A DNA stretch of 64,000 nt, taken from Nemertoderma westbladi. Its lineage: Eukaryota; Animalia; Xenacoelomorpha. The stretch is from assembly GCA_032718475.1 (NCBI GenBank), contig JAUCBJ010008551.1:1-64000 (forward strand), given 5' to 3'. A model generated the notes under the pieces. That model was not told the origin of the DNA. It searched no databases and saw only the letters and a list, made by a program, of their open reading frames with translations. Positions 45,114-58,600 of the stretch are shown here, in pieces. A program made the translations under genes and the position numbers. The number at the start of each line of letters is the position of its first letter. The first letter of the stretch is position 1.

Positions 45114-48100
45114 ATGTCTTATGAGTTTACAGGTGGCGACAAGCCAATGAACAGATACGATGAATTACAGCCTATAATTCAACCACCGTTAGTAGAACCA
45201 CCAGACATAGACGAGTTTAGGAGAACCTGCATTGACCACTATAGTGACTTTAACGAGTCGGACGAGGAGTTGATTCCCGATAATGTTAGGTTGTCGGAAC
45301 CACTTCACAACGACCGGACAGATAGTGAACCCGAGGACTACTGTTATCAGACCCGTGGGTCTGGTTCAGCGGCCCACGCTACTTATCTGACTAACGTTTT
45401 GACTTATACAGACATAGTGGAGGGTCAAGTGGCTAAATATCGAGACCTAGACATTTTCCAATACAGTGAGGAGGAATTACAGAAGGAATTGATACGCCAG
45501 GACCTCGAGACAGGAGCCAGAACTGTCGAATGGCTGGATAGGGACGCAATGGAACCCGGTGGATATGACCTAGCCATGTCTACTGATGAGAAACGGTCGC
45601 TGGAGATGATGGAAGACACCATACGTCTGCTACCGACTGGACATTTTGAAGTTGGAATGTTGTGGCGTCGACAACCACCTAAGTTGGAGAACAACTACAG
45701 CTTAGCCTTGAAAAGATTAAACGGAGTAAGGGCTCGGTTGTTGAAGAATCCGGACATTAGGGAGAAGTATTGCGCCCAGATCAACAACTATTTCGCCAAG
45801 GGATTTGCTGGGAAGGTAGAGGACCCTGACTTAGTGACAGACCAGACTTATTACCTTCCACACCACTATGTGACTCACCCTGACAAGCCAGACAAAGTCC
45901 GAGTAGTCAACGACTGCGCAGCAGTCTATAGAGGTATGTCCCTGAATTCAGAGTTGATGGATGGTCCCAACCTGAATAACTATTTGATTGGAATACTGTT
46001 GCGTTTTAGACAGCGGCGATTCGCATTTACTTGTGACATCGAGGCGATGTTCCACCAGGTAAGAGCCTGTAAGGCAGACCAGGATAGCCTTCGCTTTCTC
46101 TGGTATGAGAATGAAGACTTATCCGGCCCAGTGGTTACATATCAAATGTACGTTAGGATATTTGGCGCCCGCGATAGTCCGAATGGCACGCTGTTCGTTC
46201 TAAAGAAAACGGCAACAGCCCAGATTGGTAAGTATCCAGTAGAAGTAATCGAGTCCATCTTGAGAAACTTCTATATGGACGACGGATTGGTGTCCAAGGA
46301 CACGGCGGAACAAGCCATAGAAGTGGCTCACGGCCTGCAAGAGTGCTTGGCTACAGGGGGTTTTCCTCTGACCAAGTTCACTACGAATTCGGAGGCCCTA
46401 TTAGAATCGTTCCCGGTGAAAGATCGCGGGAGCGGAGACATAGAATTGGGGGTAGAACCAATTCCCATGGCGCGAGTACTGGGACTCGCTTGGAACCCGA
46501 ACTCAGACAAGTTCCAGGTAAGAGTTAGATTTGAGCCCAGTAGCCCAGACAAGGTTTTGACTAAGAGGATTTGCTTATCGACATTGAGTAGACTATTTGA
46601 CCCGATGAACTTTATCAGTCCGGTTATATTACAGGCACGAGCGTGCATGAGGAAAATTTGGTTGTCCGACGTAGAGTGGGACGAACCAATATCTCCTATA
46701 CATGCAAAGCAGTGGAGGGAGTGGGAAGCCGAGTTGCATCTATTGAAAAACATAGATGTACCCCGTTCCTACTTTCCGAATCAGCTGGTATTCCCAGCTG
46801 ATTTAGAACTGCATTTATTCAGTGACGCAAGTGACACCGGCTTTGGTATGGTAGCCTACCTTCGCCGAGAGGTAAGTCAGGACAAATTTGAGACGGCCTT
46901 TGTGACTTCTAGATCAAAGACAATGCCGGTCAAATATATGACTGTCCCTCGTGCAGAGTTACAGGCGGCTGTAGTTTCGGTCGAGGTAAGTAAGCAAATA
47001 ACTGAGGAGTTAGACACGACATTGACCTTATTCTATTGGACGGACGCATCCTTGGTGTTAGTATACATTGCGGCCGACAATATTGCACTAAAGACATTTG
47101 TGGCCAATAGACGCGCTCAGATCGTTGATTTTTCGACGAAGGAACAATGGAGACATTGTCCGGGAGTGTTGAACCCGGCCGACATAACTTCGAGAGGTGC
47201 AATGCCGGCGGAATTCTGTCGGGAAGAGTCGCAGGAGTTTTGGTTGCATGGACCTGATTTTCTAACGAGGACACAGGAACATTGGCCAGAGCGACTAAAG
47301 ATAGTGACCAATCCGATGCCTGAAGATGCAGAAGTCAAAGTGGAGAAAGTCTCTAAGTCGAAGTCTAAAGCCAAACTTAAGTCATTGGAGCGGCCTGAAG
47401 AGTCATTGGAGCGGCCTGAAGAGTCATTGGAGCGGCCTGGAGACCTGTCAGATCAACAGACTTACGTGACTACTAGGTCAGGAAGGGTAAGTTATGACAT
47501 AAAACCACCCTTACAGACTAGACGACAGTCACAATTGGTAAGTGACGGACAGAAAATGACCGACACAATGGATCCTTTGGTTTCCAAACCTGCGGGTTTG
47601 GATTCGAAACTTCCATTGGATAGCGGACAACCGTCGCTGGCATTAGAGTCATGCAGTGTTTATGACAAATTACTAAATTCGTCTGCCTCTTGGCTGACAA
47701 TTTGTAAAAGAACTGCGTGGTTAAGCCGATACATTTCGTACCTTTGTTTAAAACATTCGAAACATTTGAGAGAACCATTGAGCACCAATAGTGAGCGAAT
47801 TCGGAAATTGAAACAACCTCTGACAGAGGATGAGATTGATCAAGCGGAATTAAAGCATTTGAAGCATTATCAAATGTGTGCCTTCCCTAAAGAATTCCAT
47901 CTATTATCGGCTCAACGACCAGTTCTCTATAAACCCCTTAGAAAATGGAGTCCATTAATCCATAAGGGTTTAATTTGTCATAGATCGAGAATCCAGACTG
48001 TCGACATAAACTCACAGTTTCGGTTCCCAGTGATAATCCCTAGTCACCCAATGGAATTGCAAAGAGCGATTCTATGGGATATACATAAGAGGTTGCATCA

Positions 48101-48812
48101 CGCGGGAAAGTTACACTGTCTGTCGGCAGCGAGACAGCGATTCATTCTATTGCAGCCAAGCAGGGCAGTAGGCACTATGTACGACGCCTGTCTGGTTTGC
48201 AAGAGAGTGAACGCCAGAGTATTGGAACAGGAGATGGCTGAACTCCCGGAAGCGAGAGTGCAGGCATATGACCCACCCTTTACGAATACAGGGGTGGACT
48301 GTTTTGGTCCGATTGAAGCAAAGAGTGGACGGCTGACCCACAAGCGATGGGGTCTGCTACTGACATGTATGGCGAGTAGAGCCATACACATCGAGCGTGT
48401 GGCAGACATGTCGACTAAATCTCTGCTCCTGGCCTTAAAGAGATTTATGGCCAGGAGAGGACTAGTAAAGGCGTTCTACTCTGACAAGGGTACAAACTTT
48501 GTCGGAGGGAATAGCGAGTTGAACGCGGCTCATAAAGCAGCACAGAATAAGGAAATTTCTGCAGCACTTTTGCCGCAACGAGTAGAATGGAGATTCAATA
48601 CTCCAGAAAGTCCTTGGAGAGGAGGAAGTTGGGAGCGTTTGGTTCGCTCTGTGAAGCAGGCCATTGCCAAAACATTGCCTGTGAACAAACAACTTACCGA
48701 CGACGAACTGGTCACAGCTTTTATTGAAATCGAGCATACCCTAAACTCGAGGCCGATAGCTATGTTGCCAGACGGTGTTGCATTAACGCCGAATCATCCG
48801 GAGGCCGGTTAA
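45114..48812 (+). CDS. BEL element 2 Pol (RT, RNase H, integrase; C-terminally truncated)
   Basis: YLPHHYV, KVRVVNDCAA, CDIEAMFHQV, FYMDD, FSDASDTG, NPADITSRG, HHAG...CLVC, GVDCFGP, SDKGTNF, GGSWERLVRSVK, LTPNH; a 21-bp triple repeat (SLERPEE) near 47380-47440. Confidence 0.92.
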   Translation: MSYEFTGGDKPMNRYDELQPIIQPPLVEPPDIDEFRRTCIDHYSDFNESDEELIPDNVRLSEPLHNDRTDSEPEDYCYQTRGSGSAAHATYLTNVLTYTDIVEGQVAKYRDLDIFQYSEEELQKELIRQDLETGARTVEWLDRDAMEPGGYDLAMSTDEKRSLEMMEDTIRLLPTGHFEVGMLWRRQPPKLENNYSLALKRLNGVRARLLKNPDIREKYCAQINNYFAKGFAGKVEDPDLVTDQTYYLPHHYVTHPDKPDKVRVVNDCAAVYRGMSLNSELMDGPNLNNYLIGILLRFRQRRFAFTCDIEAMFHQVRACKADQDSLRFLWYENEDLSGPVVTYQMYVRIFGARDSPNGTLFVLKKTATAQIGKYPVEVIESILRNFYMDDGLVSKDTAEQAIEVAHGLQECLATGGFPLTKFTTNSEALLESFPVKDRGSGDIELGVEPIPMARVLGLAWNPNSDKFQVRVRFEPSSPDKVLTKRICLSTLSRLFDPMNFISPVILQARACMRKIWLSDVEWDEPISPIHAKQWREWEAELHLLKNIDVPRSYFPNQLVFPADLELHLFSDASDTGFGMVAYLRREVSQDKFETAFVTSRSKTMPVKYMTVPRAELQAAVVSVEVSKQITEELDTTLTLFYWTDASLVLVYIAADNIALKTFVANRRAQIVDFSTKEQWRHCPGVLNPADITSRGAMPAEFCREESQEFWLHGPDFLTRTQEHWPERLKIVTNPMPEDAEVKVEKVSKSKSKAKLKSLERPEESLERPEESLERPGDLSDQQTYVTTRSGRVSYDIKPPLQTRRQSQLVSDGQKMTDTMDPLVSKPAGLDSKLPLDSGQPSLALESCSVYDKLLNSSASWLTICKRTAWLSRYISYLCLKHSKHLREPLSTNSERIRKLKQPLTEDEIDQAELKHLKHYQMCAFPKEFHLLSAQRPVLYKPLRKWSPLIHKGLICHRSRIQTVDINSQFRFPVIIPSHPMELQRAILWDIHKRLHHAGKLHCLSAARQRFILLQPSRAVGTMYDACLVCKRVNARVLEQEMAELPEARVQAYDPPFTNTGVDCFGPIEAKSGRLTHKRWGLLLTCMASRAIHIERVADMSTKSLLLALKRFMARRGLVKAFYSDKGTNFVGGNSELNAAHKAAQNKEISAALLPQRVEWRFNTPESPWRGGSWERLVRSVKQAIAKTLPVNKQLTDDELVTAFIEIEHTLNSRPIAMLPDGVALTPNHPEAG

Positions 48813-49393
48813 TAGATTCAATATAATATACACAATGTTCTGGAACATTTAGTTTAAGTATGTGTAGCTACACAATATATATATTGGATAGGCATATGTA
48901 GGTATGTCTCTCACGAGATAAATAATGCGTTCTAGAAGGCGAACGATAATTCGTTTTAGAAGGCGAACGATAATTCGTGTAATCTTTGAATGCCTATATC
49001 ACAGCATGATAAAGATTTGTATAGAAAAACTCAGTGGGTTCGTGTCAGAAGACAATGGAACTATTGGGTCATGGTGTTTACAGGTTCGTAGTTAATTATT
49101 ATTTGTATTTAGCATAGTAAATGAATATATATATCATATAAAATGTATAATAATTATTGTGCATTACAATCTGAAAAATGAAATATACTCAAATCGTATA
49201 AGGAGAAAACATTAGATAATTATAAATAAGGGGGGGAGGGGGGGTCACTTGTAAAGAAAACGTGTCACTCACCGAAACCTGCTCAATTCCCTTAATTTAT
49301 AATTAACATTGAGACGAGATATTAATTCGATATGGAATTTGCGTCTACGCCCCCCCCCCCCCCCCCCCCAACCCCGGTCTCTAACTTACATAC

Positions 49394-49663
49394 CTGGGCC
49401 GGGGACCACCGTAGGAATCCCGCCATAGAGCGAACGATCCACGGCGATTCGGCCGCGAAGTGTCCGGGCGGAGTCAACCAGGGCAGTCCGGATTCCGAAC
49501 TGCCCGGAATCGATTCCATCAGACGACAATTCAAATCGGTCCAGAATCCTCCGACGCCCTCGTAACTACCGAAACAGGCGACTAGCTCGGAGGCCAGGGT
49601 CGCACTCGGGACTCCGCTGTTGTAAAATCCAGCCATCGTCCCTCCGAAGTGGGACACGTCAAC
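49394..49663 (-). CDS. Candidate host-gene internal exon (270 bp, phase 0-0, product unknown)
   Basis: GC-rich island bounded by TTACAG|GTT (acceptor) and CAG|GTATGT (donor); exactly 90 codons open in one frame (VDVSHFGGTMAGFYNSG...MAGFLRWSPAQ) while the other two minus frames contain stops. Confidence 0.55.
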
Positions 49664-52600
49664 CTGTAACAGATACGGGACAATATGGTACAAAGTTGGA
49701 CACGTCAACCTGTAACAGATACGGGACAATAAGGTACAAAGTGGGACACGTCAATCTGTAACAGATACGGGACAATAAGGTACAAAGTGGGACACGTTCA
49801 TCTGTACCAGATACGGGACAATAAGGTACAAAGTGGGACACGTTCATATGTACCAGATACGGGACAATAAGGTACAAAGTGGGAAACGTCAACCTGTAAC
49901 AGATACGGGACAATAAGGTACAAAGTGGGACACGTTCACCTGTAACAGATACGGGACAATAAGGTAAAAAGTGGGACACGTCAACCTGTAACAGATACGG
50001 GACAATAAGGTACAAAGTGGGACACGTCAACCTGTAACAGATACGGGATAATAAGGTACAAAGTGGGACACATTCATCTGTACCAGATACGGGACAATAA
50101 GGTACAAAGTGGGACACGTCAACCTGTAACAGATACGGGACAATAAGGTACAAAGTGGGACACGTTCATCTGTACCAGATACGGGACAACACGATACAAA
50201 GTGGAACACGTTCATCTGTAACAGATACGGGACAATAAGGTACAAAGTGGGACATGTTCACCTGTACCAGATACGGGACAATAAGGTACAAAGTGGGACA
50301 CGTCAACCTGTAACAGATACGGGACAATAAGGTACAAAGTGGGACACGTCAACCTGTAACAGATACGGGACAATAAGGTACAAAGTGGGACACGTCAACC
50401 TGTAACAGATACGGGACAATAACGTACAAAGTGGGACACGTCAACCTGTAACAGATACGGGACAATAAGGTACAAAGTGGGACACGTCAACCTGTAACAG
50501 ATACGGGACAATAAGGTACAAAGTGGGACATGTTCATCTGTACCAGATACGGGACAATTCGATACAAAGTGGAACACGTTCATCTGTAATAGATACGGGA
50601 CAATAAGGTACAAAGTGGGACACGTTCATCTGTACCAGATACGGGACAATAAGGTACAAAGTGGGACACGTTCATCTGTAACAAATACGGGACAATAAGG
50701 TACAAAGTGGGACACGTTCACCTGTACCAGATACGGGACAATAAGGTACAAAGTGGGACACGTCAACCTGCAACAGATACGGGACAATAAGGTACAAAGT
50801 GGGACACGTTCATCTGTACCAGATACGGGACAATAAGGTACAAAGTGGGACACGTCAACCTGTAACAGATACGGGACAATAAGGTACAAAGTGGGACACG
50901 TTCATCTGTACCAGATACGGGACAATAAGGTACAAAGTGGGACACGTCAACCTGTAACAGATACGGGACAATAAGGTACAAAGTGGGACACGTTCATCTG
51001 TACCAGATACGGGACAATAAGGTACAAAGTGGGACACGTCAACCTGTAACAGATACTGGACAATAAGGTACAAAGTGGGACACGTTCACCTGTGACAGAT
51101 ACGGGACAATAAGGTACAAAGTGGGACACGTTCATATGTACCAGATACGGGACAATAAGGTACAAAGTGGGACACGTCAACCTGTAACAGATACGGGGCA
51201 ATAAGGTACAAAGTGGGACACGTTCATCTGTACCAGATACGGGACAATAAGGTACAAAGTGGGACACGTCAACCTGTAACAGATACGGGACAATGAGGTA
51301 CAAAGTGGGACACGTTCATATGTACCAGATACGGGACAATAAGGTACAAAGTGGGACACGTTCACCTGTAACAGATACGGGGCAATAAGGTACAAAGTGG
51401 GACACGTTCATCTGTACCAGATACGGGACAATAAGGTACAAAGTGGGACACGTCAACCTGTAACAGATACGGGACAATAAGGTACAAAGTGGGACACGTC
51501 AACCTGTAACAGATACGGGACAATAAGGTACAAAGTGGGACACGTTCACCTGTAACAGATACGGGACAATAAGGTACAAAGTGGGACACGTTCACCTGTA
51601 ACAGATACGGGACAATAAGGTACAAAGTGGGACACGTTCATCTGTACCAGATACGGGACAATAAGGTACAAAGTGGGACACGTTCACCTGTAACAAATAC
51701 GGGACAATAAGGTACAAAGTGGGACACGTTCATATGTACCAGATACGGGACAATAAGGCACAAAGTGGGACACCTCAACCTGTAACAGATACGGGACAAT
51801 AAGGTACAAAGTGGGACACGTTCATATGTACCAGATACGGGACAATAAGGCACAAAGTGGGACACGTCAACCTGTAACAGATACGGGACAATAAGGTACA
51901 AAGTGGGACACGTTCATATGTACCAGATACGGGACAATAAGGCACAAAGTGGGACACGTCAACCTGTAACAGATACGGGACAATAAGGTACAAAGTGGGA
52001 CACGTACATATGTACCAGATACGGGACAATAAGGCACAAAGTGGGACACGTCAACCTGTAACAGATACGGGACAATAAGGTACAAAGTGGGACACGTTCA
52101 CCTGTAACAGATACGGGACAATAAGGTACAAAGTGGGACACGTCAACCTGTAACAGATACGGGACAATAAGGTACAAAGTGGGACACGTCAACCTGTAAC
52201 AGATACGGGACAATAAGGTACAAAGTGGGACACGTTCATATGTACCAGATACGGGACAATAAGGCACAAAGTGGGACACGTCAACCTGTAACAGATACGG
52301 GACAATAAGGTACAAAGTGGGACACGTTCATCTGTAACAGATACGGGACAATAACGTACAAAGTGGGACACGTCAACCTGTAACAGATACGGGACAATAA
52401 GGTACAAAGTGGGACACGTCAACCTGTAACAGATACGGGACAATAAGGTACAAAGTGGGACACGTTCATATGTACCAGATACGGGACAATAAGGTACAAA
52501 GTGGGACACGTCAACTTGTAACAGATACGGGACAATAAGGTACAAAGTGGGACACGTTCATATGTACCAGATACGGGACAATAAGGCACAAAGTGGGACA

Positions 52601-55600
52601 CGTCAACCTGTAACAGATACGGGACAATAAGGTACAAAGTGGGACACGTTCACCTGTAACAGATACGGGACAATAAGGTACAAAGTGGGACACGTTCATC
52701 TGTACCAGATACGGGACAATAAGGTACAAAGTGGGACACGTCAACCTGTAACAGATACGGGACAATAAGGTACAAAGTGGGACACGTCAACCTCTAACAT
52801 ATACGGGACAATAAGGTACAAAGTGGGACACGTCAACCTGTAACAGATACGGGACAATAAGGTACAAAGTGGGACACGTCAACCTGTAACAGATACGGGA
52901 CAATAAGGTACAAAGTGGGACACGTTCATCTGTACCAGATACGGGACAATAAGGCACAAAGTGGGACACGTCAACCTGTAACAGATACGTGACAATAAGG
53001 TACAAAGTGGGACACGTCAACCTGCACAACAGATACGGGACAATAAGGTACCAAGTGGGACACGTTCATCTGTACCAAATACGGGACAATAAGGTACAAA
53101 GTGGGACACGTTCACCTGTAACAGATACGGGGCAATAAGGTACAAAGTGGGACACGTTCATCTGTAACAGATACGGGACAATAAGGTACAAAGTGGGACA
53201 CGTTCACCTGTAACAGATACGGGGCAATAAGGTACAAAGTGGGACACGTTCACCTGTAACAGATACGGGACAATAAGGTACAAAGTGGGACACGTCAAAC
53301 CTGTAGCAGATACGGGACAATAAGGTACAAAGTGGGACACGTTCAACTGTAACAGATACGGGACAATAAGGTATAAAGTGGGACACGTCAACCTGTAACA
53401 GATACGGGACAATAAGGTACAAAGTGGCACACGTCAACCTGTACCAGATACGGGACAATAAGGTACAGAGTGGGACACGTTCATCTGTACCAGATACAGG
53501 ACAATAAGGTACCAAGTGGGACACGTTCACCTGTAACAGATACGGGACAATAAGGTACAAAGTGGGGCACGTCAACCTGTTACAGATACGGGACAATAAG
53601 GTACAAAGTGGGAGATGTTCATCTGTAACAGATACGGGACAATAAGGTAAAAAGTGGGACACGTTCATCTGTACCAGATACGGGACAATAAGGTACAAAG
53701 TGGGACACGTTCATGTGTACCAGATACGGGACAATAAGGTACAAAGTGGGACACGTCAACCTGTAACAGATACGGGACAATAAGGTACAAAGTGGGACAC
53801 GTTCATCTGTACCAGATACGGGACAATAAGGTACAAAGTGGAAAACGTTCATCTGTACCAGATACGGGACAATAAGGTACAAATTGGGACACGTCAACCT
53901 GTAACAGATACGGGACAATAAGGTACAAAGTGGGACACGTTCATCTGTACCAGATACGGGACAATAAGGTACAAAGTGGGACACGTCAACCTGTAACAGA
54001 TACGGGACAATGAGGTACAAAGTGGGACACGTTCATATGTACCAGATACGGGACAATAAGGTACAAAGTGGGACACGTTCACCTGTAACAGATACGGGGC
54101 AATAAGGTACAAAGTGGGACACGTTCATCTGTACCAGATACGGGACAATAAGGTACAAAGTGGGACACGTCAACCTGTAACAGCTACGGGACAATAAGGT
54201 ACAAAGTGGGACACGTCAACCTGTAACAGATACGGGACAATAAGGTACAAAGTGGGACACGTTCACCTGTAACAGATACGGGACATTAAGGTACAAAGTG
54301 GGACACGTCAACCTGTAACAGATACGGGACAATAAGGTACAAAGTGGGACACGTTCATCTGTACCAGATACGGGACAATAAGGTACAAAGTGGGACACGT
54401 TCACCTGTAACAGATACGGGACAATAAGGTACAAAGTGGGACACGTTCATATGTACCAGATACGGGACAATAAGGCACAAAGTGGGACACGTCAACCTGT
54501 AACAGATACGTGACAATAAGGTACAAAGTGGGACATATTCAACTGTAACAGATACGTGACAATAAGGTACAAAGTGGGACACGTTCACCTGTAACAGATA
54601 CGGGACAATAAGGTACAAAGTGGGACACGTTCACCTGTAACAGATACGGGATAATAAGGTACAAAGTGGGACACGTTCATCTGTACCAGATACGGGACAA
54701 TAAGGTACAAAGTGGGACACGTCAACCTGTAACAGATACGGGACAATAAGGTACAAAGTGGGACACGTCAACCTGTAACAGATACGGGACAATAAGGTAC
54801 AAAGTGGGACACGTTCATATGTACCAGATACGGGACAATAAGGTACAAAGTGGGACACGTCAACCTGTAACAGATACGGGACAATAAGGTACAAAGTGGG
54901 ACACGTTCACCTGTAACAGATACGGGACAATAAGGTACAAAGTGGGACACGTTCATCTGTACCAGATACGGGACAATAAGGTACAAAGTGGGACACGTCA
55001 ACCTGTAACAGATACGGGACAATAAGGTACAAAGTGGGACACGTCAACCTGTAACAGATACGGGACAATAAGGTACAAAGTGGGACACGTTCATATGTAC
55101 CAGATACGGGACAATAAGGTACAAAGTGGGACACGTCAACATGTAACAGATACGGGACAATAAGGTACAAAGTGGGACACGTTCATCTGTACCAGATACG
55201 GGACAATAAGGTACAAAGTGGGACACGTCAACCTGTAACAGATACGGGACAATAAGGTACAAAGTGGGACACGTCAACCTGTAACAGATACGGGACAATA
55301 AGGTACAAAGTGGGACACGTTCATATGTACCAGATACGGGACAATAAGGTACAAAGTGGGACACGTCAACCTGTAACAGATACGGGACAATAAGGTACAA
55401 AGTGGGACACGTTCACCTGTAACAGATACGGGACAATAAGGTACAAAGTGGGACACGTTCATCTGTACCAGATACGGGACAATAAGGTACAAAGTGGGAC
55501 ACGTCAACCTGTAACAGATACGGGACAATAAGGTACAAAGTGGGACACGTCAACCTGTAACAGATACGGGACAATAAGGTACAAAGTGGGACACGTTCAT

Positions 55601-58600
55601 ATGTACCAGATACGGGACAATAAGGTACAAAGTGGGACACGTCAACCTGTAACAGATACGGGACAATAAGGTACAAAGTGGGACACGTTCATCTGTACCA
55701 GATACGGGACAATAAGGTACAAAGTGGGACATATTCAACTGTAACAGATACGTGACAATAAGGTACAAAGTGGGACACGTTCACCTGTAACAGATACGGG
55801 ACAATAAGGTACAAAGTGGGACACGTTCATCTGTACCAGATACGGGACAATAAGGTACAAAGTGGGACATATTCAACTGTAACAGATACGTGACAATAAG
55901 GTACAAAGTGGGACACGTTCACCTGTAACAGATACGGGACAATAAGGTACAAAGTGGGACACGTTCATCTGTAACAGATACGGGACAATAAGGTACAAAG
56001 TGGGACACGTTCATCTGTACCAGATACGGGACAATAAGGTACAAAGTGGGACACGTTCACCTGTAACAGATACGGGACAATAAGGTACAAAGTGGGACAC
56101 GTCAACCTGTAACAGATACGGGACAATAAGGTACAAAGTGGGAACACGTTCACCTGTAACAGATACGTGACAATAAGGTACAAAGTGGGACACGTCAACC
56201 TGTAACAGATACGGGACAATAAGGTACAAAGTGGGACACGTTCATCTGTACCAGATACGGGACAATAAGGTACAAAGTGGGACATATTCAACTGTAACAG
56301 ATACGGGACAATAAGGTACAAAGTGGGACACGTTCACCTGTAACAGATACGGGACAATAAGGTACAAAGTGGGACACGTTCATCTGTACCAGATACGGGA
56401 CAATAAGGTACAAAGTGGGACATATTCAACTGTAACAGATACGTGACAATAAGGTACAAAGTGGGACACGTTCACCTGTAACAGATACGGGACAATAAGG
56501 TACAAAGTGGGACACGTTCATCTGTACCAGATACGGGACAATAAGGTACAAAGTGGGACACGTTCACCTGTAACAGATACGGGACAATAAGGTACAAAGT
56601 GGGAACACGTTCACCTGTAACAGATACGTGACAATAAGGTACAAAGTGGGACACGTCAACCTGTAACAGATACGGGACAATAAGGTACAAAGTGGGACAC
56701 GTTCATCTGTACCAGATACGGGACAATAAGGTACAAAGTGGGACATATTCAACTGTAACAGATACGGGACAATAAGGTACAAAGTGGGACACGTTCACCT
56801 GTAACAGATACGGGACAATAAGGTACAAAGTGGGACACGTTCATCTGTACCAGATACGGGACAATAAGGTACAAAGTGGGACATATTCAACTGTAACAGA
56901 TACGTGACAATAAGGTACAAAGTGGGACACGTTCACCTGTAACAGATACGGGACAATAAGGTACAAAGTGGGACACGTTCATCTGTAACAGATACGGGAC
57001 AATAAGGTACAAAGTGGGACACGTCAACCTGTAACAGATACGGGACAATAACGTACAAAGCGGGACACTTCAACCTGTACCAGATACGGGACAATAAGGC
57101 ACAAAGTGGGACACGTCAACCTGTAACAGATACGGGACAATAAGGTACAAAGTGGGACACGTTCATCTGTACCAGATACGGGAAAATAAGGTACAAAGTG
57201 GGACACGTTCATCTGTACCAGATACGGGACAATAACGTACAAAGTGGGACACGTTCATCTGTACCAGATACGGGACAATAACGTACAAAGTGGGACACGT
57301 TCATCTGTACCAGATACGGGACAATAAGGTACAAAGTGGGACACGTTCATCTGTACCAGATACGGGACAATAAGGTACAAAGTGGGACACGTTCATCTGT
57401 AACAGATACGGGACAATAACGTACAAAGCGGGACACTTCAACCTGTACCAGATACGGGACAATAAGGCACAAAGTGGGACACGTCAACCTGTAACAGATA
57501 CGGGACAATAAGGTACAAAGTGGGACACGTTCATCTGTACCAGATACGGGACAATAAGGTACAAAGTGGAACACGTTCATCTGTAACAGATACGGGACAA
57601 TAAGGTACAAAGTGGGACACGTCAACCTGTAACAGATACGGGACAATAACGTACAAAGCGGGACACTTCAACCTGTACCAGATACGGGACAATAATGCAC
57701 AAAGTGGGACACGTCAACCTGTAACAGATACGGGACAATAAGGTACAAAGTGGGACACGTTCATCTGTACCAGATACGGGACAATAAGGTACAAAGTGGG
57801 ACACGTTCATCTGTACCAGATACGGGACAATAACGTACAAAGTGGGACACGTTCATCTGTACCAGATACGGGACAATAAGGTACAAAGTGGGACATATTC
57901 AACTGTAACAGATACGTGACAATAAGGTACAAAGTGGGACACGTTCACCTGTAACAGATACGGGACAATAAGGTACAAAGTGGGACACGTTCATCTGTAC
58001 CAGATACGGGACAATAAGGTACAAAGTGGGACACGTTCACCTGTAACAGATACGGGACAATAAGGTACAAAGTGGGAACACGTTCACCTGTAACAGATAC
58101 GTGACAATAAGGTACAAAGTGGGACACGTCAACCTGTAACAGATACGGGACAATAAGGTACAAAGTGGGACACGTTCATCTGTACCAGATACGGGACAAT
58201 AAGGTACAAAGTGGGACATATTCAACTGTAACAGATACGGGACAATAAGGTACAAAGTGGGACACGTTCACCTGTAACAGATACGGGACAATAAGGTACA
58301 AAGTGGGACACGTTCATCTGTACCAGATACGGGACAATAAGGTACAAAGTGGGACATATTCAACTGTAACAGATACGTGACAATAAGGTACAAAGTGGGA
58401 CACGTTCACCTGTAACAGATACGGGACAATAAGGTACAAAGTGGGACACGTTCATCTGTAACAGATACGGGACAATAAGGTACAAAGTGGGACACGTCAA
58501 CCTGTAACAGATACGGGACAATAACGTACAAAGCGGGACACTTCAACCTGTACCAGATACGGGACAATAAGGCACAAAGTGGGACACGTCAACCTGTAAC

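Larger units (their letters stand above)
37586..48797 (+). mobile_element. BEL/Pao LTR retrotransposon 2, 3'-truncated
   Basis: Long gag-pol from 40808; integrase breaks off at LTPNH (~48797) with no C-terminal domain or 3' LTR. The 5' boundary is tentative: TGTAGCCCTA (37586)...TAGGGCTACA (37784) looks like a short LTR. Confidence 0.75.
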